Shown: in pieces, positions 8,595 to 17,675 of the stretch | Position numbering within the stretch: the first letter of the stretch is position 1 | Layout: every line of letters starts with the position of its first letter | NCBI GenBank assembly: GCA_021789915.1 | Contig: JAJYIV010000001.1 | Span: 375-64,374 of the forward strand | DNA from: a bacterium | GTDB taxonomy: Bacteria; Patescibacteriota; Patescibacteriia; UBA9934; GWF2-40-263 | Direction of reading: 5' to 3' | Length of the DNA: 64,000 nt | Translations under genes and position numbers: made by a program | The notes under the pieces: model-generated | The model's database searches: none | What the model saw: only the letters and a program-made list of their open reading frames with translations | What the model was told of the DNA's origin: nothing

Positions 8595-9434
8595 TCAATA
8601 GACGTTCACCGTGATTTCCATGCCCTTGATCGCCTCCAGCGGCTGGTACTGCGCCTTCAAGCCGTCGAAGACCTCCTGCACCCATGCCGCGTCGCCGGCG
8701 CGGGCGCGGTCATACGAGTGCGGCGGCAGGGCAAGCTTGATGGGCGGATGATCCGGCGCGCGCCCGACGAGCGCGCGCGCCGCGTCGAAATGATTGTCGT
8801 AGACGTGCGCGTTGCTGATCGAGTGCGTGTAGATGCCGGGACGCACGCCGAGGCGTTGCGCCAGGATCGCCTGCAGCAGCGCAAAGCCGGCGGCATCGTG
8901 CGGGCAGCCGAGCATCATGTCGTTGGAACGGACGATATTGTGCAGATGCAGCCGCCCGCCGGCGATGTTCACCGTGAACGTGTACGGGCACGGCAGGTTT
9001 TTCTTCGCGTCGACACCGAGGCCGTCGCTGGCCGGATCCCACGTGACGACGACGCCGTGGCGCGACGCGGGATTTTCCGTCAGATGCGCGATGAGCGCCT
9101 CGATCTGATGGCGGCCGAAATGCGCGGACCAGCGGTAGCCGTACGCCGCCTTCACCGTTCCGTCCGGCTCGAGGAAATCGTCCCATATTTTCGTGAACGG
9201 CCGCAGCCAGGACGGATCGTTGCCGCCCTGCAGGAACCACGCCTGCTCGGCAATGAAGATCTTGAGCGGGATCCGGCGCAGCGCGAGCAGCGGAAAGGAC
9301 TCCTCCGCGTCCACGCGCAGGGTGATGCCGGGCAGCATGCGCGGCGTGCGGCCGGACCACGGGTTCGGCTGGTCCAAGCCGTGGTCCAGGATGTCCGCGA
9401 CGGCCTGCCGGTACTGGGCGTCGAATGGCTGCAT
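8595..9434 (-). CDS. thyA: thymidylate synthase (ThyA)
   Basis: 279 aa. Hallmark motifs LPCPYTFTVNI and HDAAGFALLQ. Confidence 0.95.
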   Translation of the reverse strand: MQPFDAQYRQAVADILDHGLDQPNPWSGRTPRMLPGITLRVDAEESFPLLALRRIPLKIFIAEQAWFLQGGNDPSWLRPFTKIWDDFLEPDGTVKAAYGYRWSAHFGRHQIEALIAHLTENPASRHGVVVTWDPASDGLGVDAKKNLPCPYTFTVNIAGGRLHLHNIVRSNDMMLGCPHDAAGFALLQAILAQRLGVRPGIYTHSISNAHVYDNHFDAARALVGRAPDHPPIKLALPPHSYDRARAGDAAWVQEVFDGLKAQYQPLEAIKGMEITVNVY

Positions 9435-9514
9435 ACGCGCTCGAGCGTAGCAAAAGGCGGCGGCGCTTCCCAGTGGATAACCTCCGCGGCCGATTGCGCT
9501 AGAATGTCCGGCGT

Positions 9515-9946
9515 ATGGAGTGGCTCACGATACGGCTGAAGCGACTGGACCCGCAGGTACCCATGCCCGCGTACAAGACGCCGGGAGCCGCCGCTTTCGA
9601 CCTCGCCGTCGTCGAAGGAGGCGTCCTGGCGCCCGGGGAGCGGCGGCTGTTCCGGACGGGGCTGGCGATGGAAATCCCCGCCGACCACGCCCTGTTCATC
9701 TTCGCGCGCTCGAGCAATGCCAAAAAAGGCGTCGCCTTGGCCAACGGCGTCGGCGTTCTTGACCACGATTTTTGCGGACCGGAGGACGAGCTGCGCCTCG
9801 CCCTGCACAATATCGGGGGTGCGCCCTATGAGATCCAGCCGTACGAGCGCCTGGCCCAGGGGATGATTTTGCCGGTGCCGCACGTCGTGTTCCTCGAGAG
9901 CGAACTCACGGACGCCAATCGCGGTTCGTTTGGGTCGACGGGATAA
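9515..9946 (+). CDS. dut: dUTP diphosphatase
   Basis: 143 aa. dUTPase motifs (AAFDLAV, RSSNAKKGV, GVLDHDFCG, RGSFGSTG). Confidence 0.85.
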   Translation: MEWLTIRLKRLDPQVPMPAYKTPGAAAFDLAVVEGGVLAPGERRLFRTGLAMEIPADHALFIFARSSNAKKGVALANGVGVLDHDFCGPEDELRLALHNIGGAPYEIQPYERLAQGMILPVPHVVFLESELTDANRGSFGSTG

Positions 9947-9992
9947 ATCTGGTACTCTTCGCACAGGTCTTTTTGAAGCGGAGGAAACCGTT

Positions 9993-10721
9993 ATGGGCAA
10001 CGGAACGTTCATCATGTTCGACGGCATCGGCGGCAGCGGGAAAACAACCGTCGTCCGTGCCGTGGCGTCGGCGCTGGCGGCACGAGGCGCACGGCTGTTT
10101 TGGCAGGCGGCGTGGGAACAGGCGCACGGTGCCACGCCGACCCTTGCAGACGCCGGGGACGCGGACGTTCTGCTCACGGCGGAACCGACGAAGGCCTGGA
10201 TCGGCGCCGCCATTCGCGGCGAGCTGTCGCGCGCGGACGATCCCTACGGCGGCACGGCGGCGGCGCACGCGTTCGCCTTGGATCGCGAGATCCTGTACCG
10301 CCGGCTCGTCATCCCGGCGCTCGCGGCGGGGAAAACCGTGCTGCAGGATCGGGGCGTATGCACGTCGCTCGCCTACCAGCCGCTCATGGAGGGCGGCCTT
10401 CCCGCCGAAGAGATCGCGTCCCTCCCCGGCAACCGCCTGGCCCTCGCGCATGCGCCGCACGTCCTCGTGCTGGTGCGCGTCTCGCCGGAGACGGCGGCGC
10501 GGCGGCTTGCCGCGCGGACGGAACCAGCCAAGGGCGTCTACGGCGATCCGGTGTTCCTGGCGCGCGTGGCGCGGGAATCGTACGACGATCCCGCGTTCCG
10601 CGACCGCTTCGCCCGGCTCGGGACAAAGGTTCTGACGCTCGAGGCGGAGGATGGGCCGGAGGAGGTCGCCGCTTCCGCGATCCGCCTGCTCCGGGAATTC
10701 CTGCCAAGCCTCCGCTCCTAG
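9993..10721 (+). CDS. tmk: thymidylate kinase
   Basis: Start at MGNGTFIMFDGIGGSGKTT (P-loop) after GGAGG. Terminator hairpin GACCGCCCGCGCGGTC + T-run at 10724-10752. Confidence 0.85.
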   Translation: MGNGTFIMFDGIGGSGKTTVVRAVASALAARGARLFWQAAWEQAHGATPTLADAGDADVLLTAEPTKAWIGAAIRGELSRADDPYGGTAAAHAFALDREILYRRLVIPALAAGKTVLQDRGVCTSLAYQPLMEGGLPAEEIASLPGNRLALAHAPHVLVLVRVSPETAARRLAARTEPAKGVYGDPVFLARVARESYDDPAFRDRFARLGTKVLTLEAEDGPEEVAASAIRLLREFLPSLRS

Positions 10722-10784
10722 GACCGCCCGCGCGGTCTTCTTTTTTTCCAGCCCTTTTTGTAAAATGGCATCAACATCCATCCT

Positions 10785-11669
10785 ATGCCACGCCCCATCT
10801 CCATCCGCCTCAGCGAATTGATCGACCGCGCCTGGGAACAGTACCGCGGCGCGTTCGGAACCTATCTCCGCGTCACGGCGTGGCTGCTCGTCCCCGGCCT
10901 CCTGTTCATCATCTCCCTGCTCCTGTATCCGACGGCGGACACGCTGTTTTCGGGCCAAGGATTGACGGGGTTGCAGCTCTCCGGCGCCATTCTTTATTTC
11001 ACGACCTACGCGCTCATCCTGCCGCTGACGGCCCTGTGGGCGTACGTGACCATGGTCCAATGGTCGCTCGCGCGCCTGCGCGGCGGCCGGAAGGATCTCC
11101 GCGCGTCGATGCGCGAAGGCGTTCGCCGGCTACTGCCCGTTCTGGGCGCCACGGCGCTCCTCGTCCTGTCCATCGCGGCCGCTTATGTCGGTCCGCTCGT
11201 TCCCGGATTCCTCCTCTCGCTGACGATCGGCCATTATGACGCCGCCTGGATGATGGTGTTGCGTTCGCTGGTCCTCCTCATCGGCGTGCCGGCCGCGTTC
11301 GCCCTGGCGGTCTACGCCTTCGGCGTCCTGCAATTCGCGCCGGTCGCCGTGGCCGCCGGCGATGCGAAAGCGGCGGCGTCCCTCAAGGAGAGCTTCCGCC
11401 TGGTTCGCGGACGGTTCTGGGGCGTGCTGTTCCGCTCGCTGATCGCCAAAGGCCTCTTCCTTCTGCTCGGCGGCGTCGCCTTGTGGATCGCGGGAAGCCT
11501 GTTGAGCGCCGTCACGAGCCTGGCGCTGCCGTCGTCGCCCTTCGCGGCCCTGCGCCTGGTGACCATCATCTTCAGCCTGCTGTCCTGGATCATCGTCCCG
11601 ATGTTCGTCACGCCGGCCGTCACGCTGGTCGACGTAAACCTCTACCGAAGCCTCAAGGAGAACGTATGA
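10785..11669 (+). CDS. hypothetical polytopic membrane protein (paralog 1)
   Basis: 294 aa with multiple TM helices. N-terminus L..L..RAWEQYR. Confidence 0.6.
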   Translation: MPRPISIRLSELIDRAWEQYRGAFGTYLRVTAWLLVPGLLFIISLLLYPTADTLFSGQGLTGLQLSGAILYFTTYALILPLTALWAYVTMVQWSLARLRGGRKDLRASMREGVRRLLPVLGATALLVLSIAAAYVGPLVPGFLLSLTIGHYDAAWMMVLRSLVLLIGVPAAFALAVYAFGVLQFAPVAVAAGDAKAAASLKESFRLVRGRFWGVLFRSLIAKGLFLLLGGVALWIAGSLLSAVTSLALPSSPFAALRLVTIIFSLLSWIIVPMFVTPAVTLVDVNLYRSLKENV

Positions 11670-12388
11670 TCCCGTCCGTCGCCGATCTCCTGCGCGCCGC
11701 CTGGCGGCTGTATCGGTCCACGCTGGCCCTGCTGTCCGGCTACCTGGCCTGGCTTCTCCTGCCGATCATCGCGCTCGTCCTACTCTCCTTCGCCCCGGCG
11801 GGAGTCGCCGCCGACGCGGCGAGCCTTCTCATCCAATTGGGCGGCGCCGTGCTGTCGATTTGGATTTCGCTCATCGTCATCCGCATCCTTTCCGCCTCGG
11901 CAACCGGCCGGCACGAGGCGCTGCCGGCCGTCATCCGGTCGTCGCGCGAGCGCTTCGGGCCGTTTTTGACGGTCAGCGTGCTGCAAGGAATTGTCGTCCT
12001 GGGCGGCTTCATCCTGCTCATCGTCCCCGGTTTGATCTTCCTCGTGTGGTACGCATTCGCTTCGCTGGAGGCGGCGCTCTCCGGTCGACACGGGCTTGCG
12101 GCCCTCGCGGCAAGCCGGAACCTCGCGCGCGACCGGTTTTGGCCGGTGATGTGGCGCCTGGCGGCCGGCCCCGTCGTGCTCACCGCGTGGTACGCCATCC
12201 TTATGGGGATCATCTTCATTCCGCTCCTCGTCGCCACGGGCACCACGATCGCGGCGGTGACCGGCGACCACCCGCCCATTTGGTTCCTCGCCTTCGACGC
12301 GCTCGGTCAGACGTTCTTCCTCACGCCGCTCTTGCTCGCCTATTCGGTCCTGCTCTACCATTCGCTGGCTGGTGAACGTGAGACGTAG
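11666..12388 (+). CDS. hypothetical polytopic membrane protein (paralog 2)
   Basis: ATGA overlap with the upstream gene. AAGGAG RBS. N-terminus LLRAAWRLYRSTL resembles paralog 1. Confidence 0.6.
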   Translation: MIPSVADLLRAAWRLYRSTLALLSGYLAWLLLPIIALVLLSFAPAGVAADAASLLIQLGGAVLSIWISLIVIRILSASATGRHEALPAVIRSSRERFGPFLTVSVLQGIVVLGGFILLIVPGLIFLVWYAFASLEAALSGRHGLAALAASRNLARDRFWPVMWRLAAGPVVLTAWYAILMGIIFIPLLVATGTTIAAVTGDHPPIWFLAFDALGQTFFLTPLLLAYSVLLYHSLAGERET

Positions 12389-12555
12389 AAAACGTAGAAA
12401 GCGCAGAATCGCTCGTCATAGTCGGAGCCAAACTCGCTCGTAGAAACGACGCGGATGAGACGCTTCTACGATTTCTACGTTCTACGAGCGAGCCGAAGGC
12501 GAGCGATTCTACGTTCTACGAGCCTGGCGCAGCCGGGCGATTCTACGTCTTCAAC
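12389..12555 (+). repeat. R1 element copy 1 (CGTAGAA/TTCTACG-rich, internally inverted)
   Basis: Shares the core TCGCTCGTCA..ACTCGCTCGTAGAAACGACGCGG..GAGACGCTTCTACGA..GAGCGAGCCGAAGGCGAGCGATTCTACG with four other copies. Confidence 0.8.
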
Positions 12556-12569
12556 GCTTCGCGTCCTCT

Positions 12570-14099
12570 ATGTCCCTCGAACCCGTCATCGGGCTGGAAA
12601 TCCATCTCCAGCTCAAAACGAAGTCCAAGATGTTCTGCGGCTGCGCCGCGCACGAGCAGGGTGCGGCGCCCAACGCGAACGTGTGTTCGATTTGCCTGGG
12701 CCATCCCGGGACGCTGCCGGTTCCGAACGCCGAAGCCGTGCGCTTCGGCGTCATGCTCGGATTGGCGCTGAACGCCGAGATTGCCAAACGGTCGAAGTTC
12801 GACCGCAAGAATTATTTCTATCCGGACCTCCCGAAGGCGTACCAGATTTCGCAATACGACCTGCCGATCGCGCAGCATGGATTCCTGGAGTTCGACACGC
12901 CCGCCGGCGTGCGGCGCATCTCCATCGTCCGCGCGCATTTGGAAGAGGACGCGGCGAAGAACACGCACAGCGGCGACGGCAGCACGCTGGTGGATTTCAA
13001 TCGCGCCGGCACGCCGCTCGTGGAAACCGTCACGGGGCCGGATTTCCGCTCGCCGCAGGAAGCCAAGCTCTTTCTGCAAGAGCTGCGGCTCATCGCGCGC
13101 TACCTCGGCGTGTCCGACGCCGACATGGAAAAAGGCCATCTGCGCTGCGACGCCAATATCTCGCTGCGCCAGCGCGACGAGGCCGGGAACGTCGTCGGCA
13201 AGGAGTTCAACCCGAAGACGGAAATCAAGAACCTCAATTCGTTCCGCCACGTGGAGCGCGCGCTGGCATACGAAATCCAGCGGCAGACCAAGCTGTGGCA
13301 GGCCGGTTCGCCGCCCGCCGTCACGACGACGCGCGGCTGGAACGACGCCAAGCAAGTGACCGTCGAACAGCGCGTGAAGGAGAGCGAGGCGGACTACCGA
13401 TACTTCCCCGAGCCGGACATCCCGATGCTCGAGCTTGCCGCGCTCGCGGACGACGCGCGGCATCATCTGCCGGAACTCCCCGCCGCCCGCCGCGCACGCT
13501 TCGTCGAGGAGTATCGCCTGAAGCCAGAGGACGCGCGCCAGCTGTGCGACGATCCGGCGCTGAGCGATTTCACGGAACGCGTCTTCTCCGAGCTGCAAGG
13601 CTGGCTGAATGCGCTGCCGGAACTCGACGGCGCCCAGGACGAACAATGGGAGACCGAGCGCAAAAAGCTCGGCCGGCTCGTGTCGACGTGGACGCTCACC
13701 AAACTGCTCGGCGTGCTCGCCGAGCGTGCGGCGGACATCCGCGTCGCCAAGCTCACGCCGGAGCACTTCGCGGAGCTCATCACCCTAATCGCCACGAAGA
13801 AGCTCAACGCCACGTCGGCGCTCACGGTGCTGAACGCCATGCTCGACGACGGCGCCGATCCGTCGCACGTCATGGAAGACAAGCAGCTCGGGATGATGGA
13901 GGACGTGGACGCGCTCGCGGACGCGATCGACCGCGTGATCGCGCAGAATCCGGCGGAAGCCGCGCGCTACCGCGCCGGCGAGAAGCAGCTGCTCGCCTTC
14001 TTCGTCGGCCAGGTGATGCGGGCGACGGAAGGCACGGCGGACGCGAAGGAAACGCGCAATCTGCTCGCCGTGAAGCTGGACGACATCGGCGCGGAATAA
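12570..14099 (+). CDS. gatB: Asp/Glu-tRNA amidotransferase subunit B
   Basis: 509 aa. N-terminus MSLEPVIGLEIHLQL and C-terminal GatB/YqeY domain. Confidence 0.95.
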   Translation: MSLEPVIGLEIHLQLKTKSKMFCGCAAHEQGAAPNANVCSICLGHPGTLPVPNAEAVRFGVMLGLALNAEIAKRSKFDRKNYFYPDLPKAYQISQYDLPIAQHGFLEFDTPAGVRRISIVRAHLEEDAAKNTHSGDGSTLVDFNRAGTPLVETVTGPDFRSPQEAKLFLQELRLIARYLGVSDADMEKGHLRCDANISLRQRDEAGNVVGKEFNPKTEIKNLNSFRHVERALAYEIQRQTKLWQAGSPPAVTTTRGWNDAKQVTVEQRVKESEADYRYFPEPDIPMLELAALADDARHHLPELPAARRARFVEEYRLKPEDARQLCDDPALSDFTERVFSELQGWLNALPELDGAQDEQWETERKKLGRLVSTWTLTKLLGVLAERAADIRVAKLTPEHFAELITLIATKKLNATSALTVLNAMLDDGADPSHVMEDKQLGMMEDVDALADAIDRVIAQNPAEAARYRAGEKQLLAFFVGQVMRATEGTADAKETRNLLAVKLDDIGAE

Positions 14100-14100
14100 G

Positions 14101-14130
14101 AAAAACGCCCCACCCGGGGCGTTTTTTTGC
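14101..14130 (+). terminator. rho-independent terminator after gatB
   Basis: AACGCCCC-ACCCG-GGGGCGTT followed by TTTTTTT. Confidence 0.7.
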
Positions 14131-14149
14131 AAACCCAACCACCCCGACG

Positions 14150-14395
14150 TATCCGTCAAGGTGGTGGCTGGTCCCGGGGTTGTGGACCCGACGGGGTTCG
14201 AACCCGTAACTTCCGTTGTCAACACAGATGAAGTTGCCATTTACTTCCACGAGCCCAAGGTCCTGACCCGGGATAAAAACGGAAAAGTCCTCCACCGCAT
14301 ATCTGCCGGTGGAGGACCGTTCCGTGACAACGGAAGCAAGTTCCCGTGAGGAACCTCACCTGTGTATCTACAGTCAATCAGAAAAAATCCTGCTT
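14150..14395. ncRNA. candidate structured ncRNA of unknown class (tRNA-like T-arm)
   Basis: No ORF with coding signature. Contains ACGGG-TTCGAAC-CCCGT (T-arm-like, minus strand), an 11-bp hairpin GTCCTCCACCG..CGGTGGAGGAC (14288-14318), and long-range complementarity 14209-14220/14323-14334. Confidence 0.25.
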
Positions 14396-14396
14396 G

Positions 14397-15510
14397 TCAA
14401 TGACTGGTCTGTGGATGAAGAAAAATGTCGACGAGCGTTTCGGCTTCGCTCGGCGCTTTCACCCAGTGAATGCGTGCGTCGCGCTTGAACCACGTCAGCT
14501 GGCGCTTGGCGTATGCGCGCGTGTCGCGCTTGATGTCTTCGATCGCCGCGGCGAGATTCGCTTTGCCGTTCAGGAAAAAAGCGATCTGACGATAGCCGAT
14601 GCCCGTCATGGCGACGGGCAATGCGCCGAGCGTCGGAACCCCCTCAGACTCCCCCTTGGCAGGGGGAGATGACGCAGGCATTAATCCCCGCACTTCGTTC
14701 ACCAGGCCCTTGGCGATCATCTCGTCCACGCGGTCGTCGATGCGGCGGTTCAGTTCGTCGCGCTCGACGTCGAGACCGATCTTGAGCACGTCGTATTTCA
14801 GCTCGCCCTTCACCTGCATCGCGGAGAACGGCTTGCCCGTGACGCGGCAGACTTCCAGCGCGCGCACGAGGCGGCGCTTGTTGTGGCGGTCGATCTGCTC
14901 GGCGCCAAGCGGATCCAAGCGCTTGTATTCGGCGAAGAGATCGTCGAGCGAGCGCGGCTCCAGCTCGGCACGGATCGCCGGATCGGGCGGGACTTCCGGA
15001 ATGGACAGGTTGTCGACCAACGCATCGACCCACAAGCCGGTGCCGCCGACGACGATGGGAAGGTGGCCGCGCTTCACGATTTCCGCGATGCGCGCCTCGG
15101 CATACGCCTTGAATTGCGAGACGTTGAAATCCTCGTCCGGGTCGGCCACGTCGATGCCCCAGTGCGGCACGCCGTCGACCATATACGGCTTTGGGCGGAA
15201 GAGGTCGTGAATGGAGAGACGGCCTGCTCTTGCCTTGCCTTTGTCATCCTGAGCTCCGCCCGCACGCAGACGGGGCGAAGGATCTGACGGATTCTTCGCT
15301 TCGCTCAGAATGACAATGGGGACGGCCCTGTCGCGGATCGGCTTCGCCGTGCCGATGTCCATGCCGCGATAGATCTGGCGCGAATCCGCGGAGATGATTT
15401 CAGCTCCGTTTCCGCCAAAGGCGGATCCGCCTCCGGCGGAGAACCGTTTTGCCAACGCAATGCCGAGCGCGGTTTTCCCGCTCGCCGTCGGCCCGACGAT
15501 CACGATGAGT

Positions 15511-15527
<17 letters not shown>
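14397..15527 (-). CDS. miaA: tRNA dimethylallyltransferase with in-frame repeat-element insertions
   Basis: P-loop GPTASGKT, and SADS.QIYRGMDIGTAKP. Carries the in-frame R2 insertion (PIVILSEAKNPSDPSPRLRAGGAQDDKGKA) and a small G/C palindrome insertion (SSPPAKGESEG). Confidence 0.9.
14649..14668. repeat. R3-like short G/C-run palindrome inside miaA (CTCCCCCTTGGCAGGGGGAG)
   Basis: Same architecture as the R3 copies in thrS, GT4 and the subtilase. Encodes SPPAKGE in the miaA frame. Confidence 0.5.
15242..15315. repeat. R2 palindromic element inserted in frame in miaA
   Basis: TGTCATCCTGAGCTCC..CGAAGGATCTGACGGATTCTTCG..CTCAGAATGACA. Length is a multiple of 3 and the reading frame is maintained. 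Confidence 0.75.
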
Positions 15528-17022
<1,495 letters not shown>

Positions 17023-17045
17023 AGCGCGCAGACGATACCAAAAGC

Positions 17046-17080
17046 GTCGCAAAGAAAAAAGCCCCGACCGATGCGATCGG
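17046..17080 (-). terminator. rho-independent terminator (minus strand) between the hypothetical gene and miaB
   Basis: Minus-strand read CCTGACCGATCGCATCGGTCGGGGC + TTTTTT. Confidence 0.5.
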
Positions 17081-17638
17081 TCAGGACGAGAGCAGAATGA
17101 CGAAGACAGCTTCGAGGAAAGGCCAGACCGTCTCGCGGTTCGGTTCACCGGACAGACAAAGGGCGATGTCGGCCTCCAGACTCGTCAACGGATCGCGCCG
17201 CAGCCAGCGCCTGGCCGTGGATCGCACCAAGGCCCTTGCGGCTTCAATAGAACCGCCTGGCGGCGCCAGCGCCAGGATGGAGGCGCGCGCCGCGCCGACA
17301 TTGAACGTCGACCAGTCCTTCGGCAACGCGGACAGATTCTGGCGCAGGACCATCCTGTGTCCCCTGGCGAGGACGCGCCCCTCGCCCGCCGCGCGGCGGA
17401 GGGACGCATCATCCCGATGCCCGGCAAACGCCTCGTCCTCTTCCGGCGTAAAGAGAAGCGCATCGAGGAAATCGTCCAGTCCGGCCATGCGCTCGTCAGG
17501 CCCTCCGGCCGGACGCTCTTCTTCCGTCTCTCGAGCAAGATGCAATCCCATGAACGTCCCTCCGCGGCCGCCGCGATTCGGCGGCCGACGGGGCAAGGTA
17601 GCGGATCCTTCGGAAACCGTCAAATCCTGCACCTGCAT
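17081..17638 (-). CDS. hypothetical protein
   Basis: 185-aa ORF ending at the minus-strand terminator. Start uncertain (alternative MGLHL at 17551). Confidence 0.4.
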   Translation of the reverse strand: MQVQDLTVSEGSATLPRRPPNRGGRGGTFMGLHLARETEEERPAGGPDERMAGLDDFLDALLFTPEEDEAFAGHRDDASLRRAAGEGRVLARGHRMVLRQNLSALPKDWSTFNVGAARASILALAPPGGSIEAARALVRSTARRWLRRDPLTSLEADIALCLSGEPNRETVWPFLEAVFVILLSS

Positions 17639-17675
17639 CCTGCGCCGGCATTCGCCTCTTGCGCGGAAAAGTGCT

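Noticed and set aside
14150-14395. Assignment of the structured gap as tmRNA (ssrA) or SRP RNA
   Set aside because: It has a T-arm-like hairpin. However, there is no 3' acceptor strand ending in CCA that pairs with a 5' GGGG, no recognisable tag-peptide reading frame, and no SRP domain-IV GGAA/AGCA motifs. It is kept only as an unclassified candidate ncRNA.
17097-17675. N-terminal 190 aa of the 798-aa ORF 17097-19493
   Set aside because: Overlaps the opposite-strand gene 17081-17638, which has its own terminator. Composition is Arg/Ser-rich. The gene more plausibly starts at 17676 or 17706.
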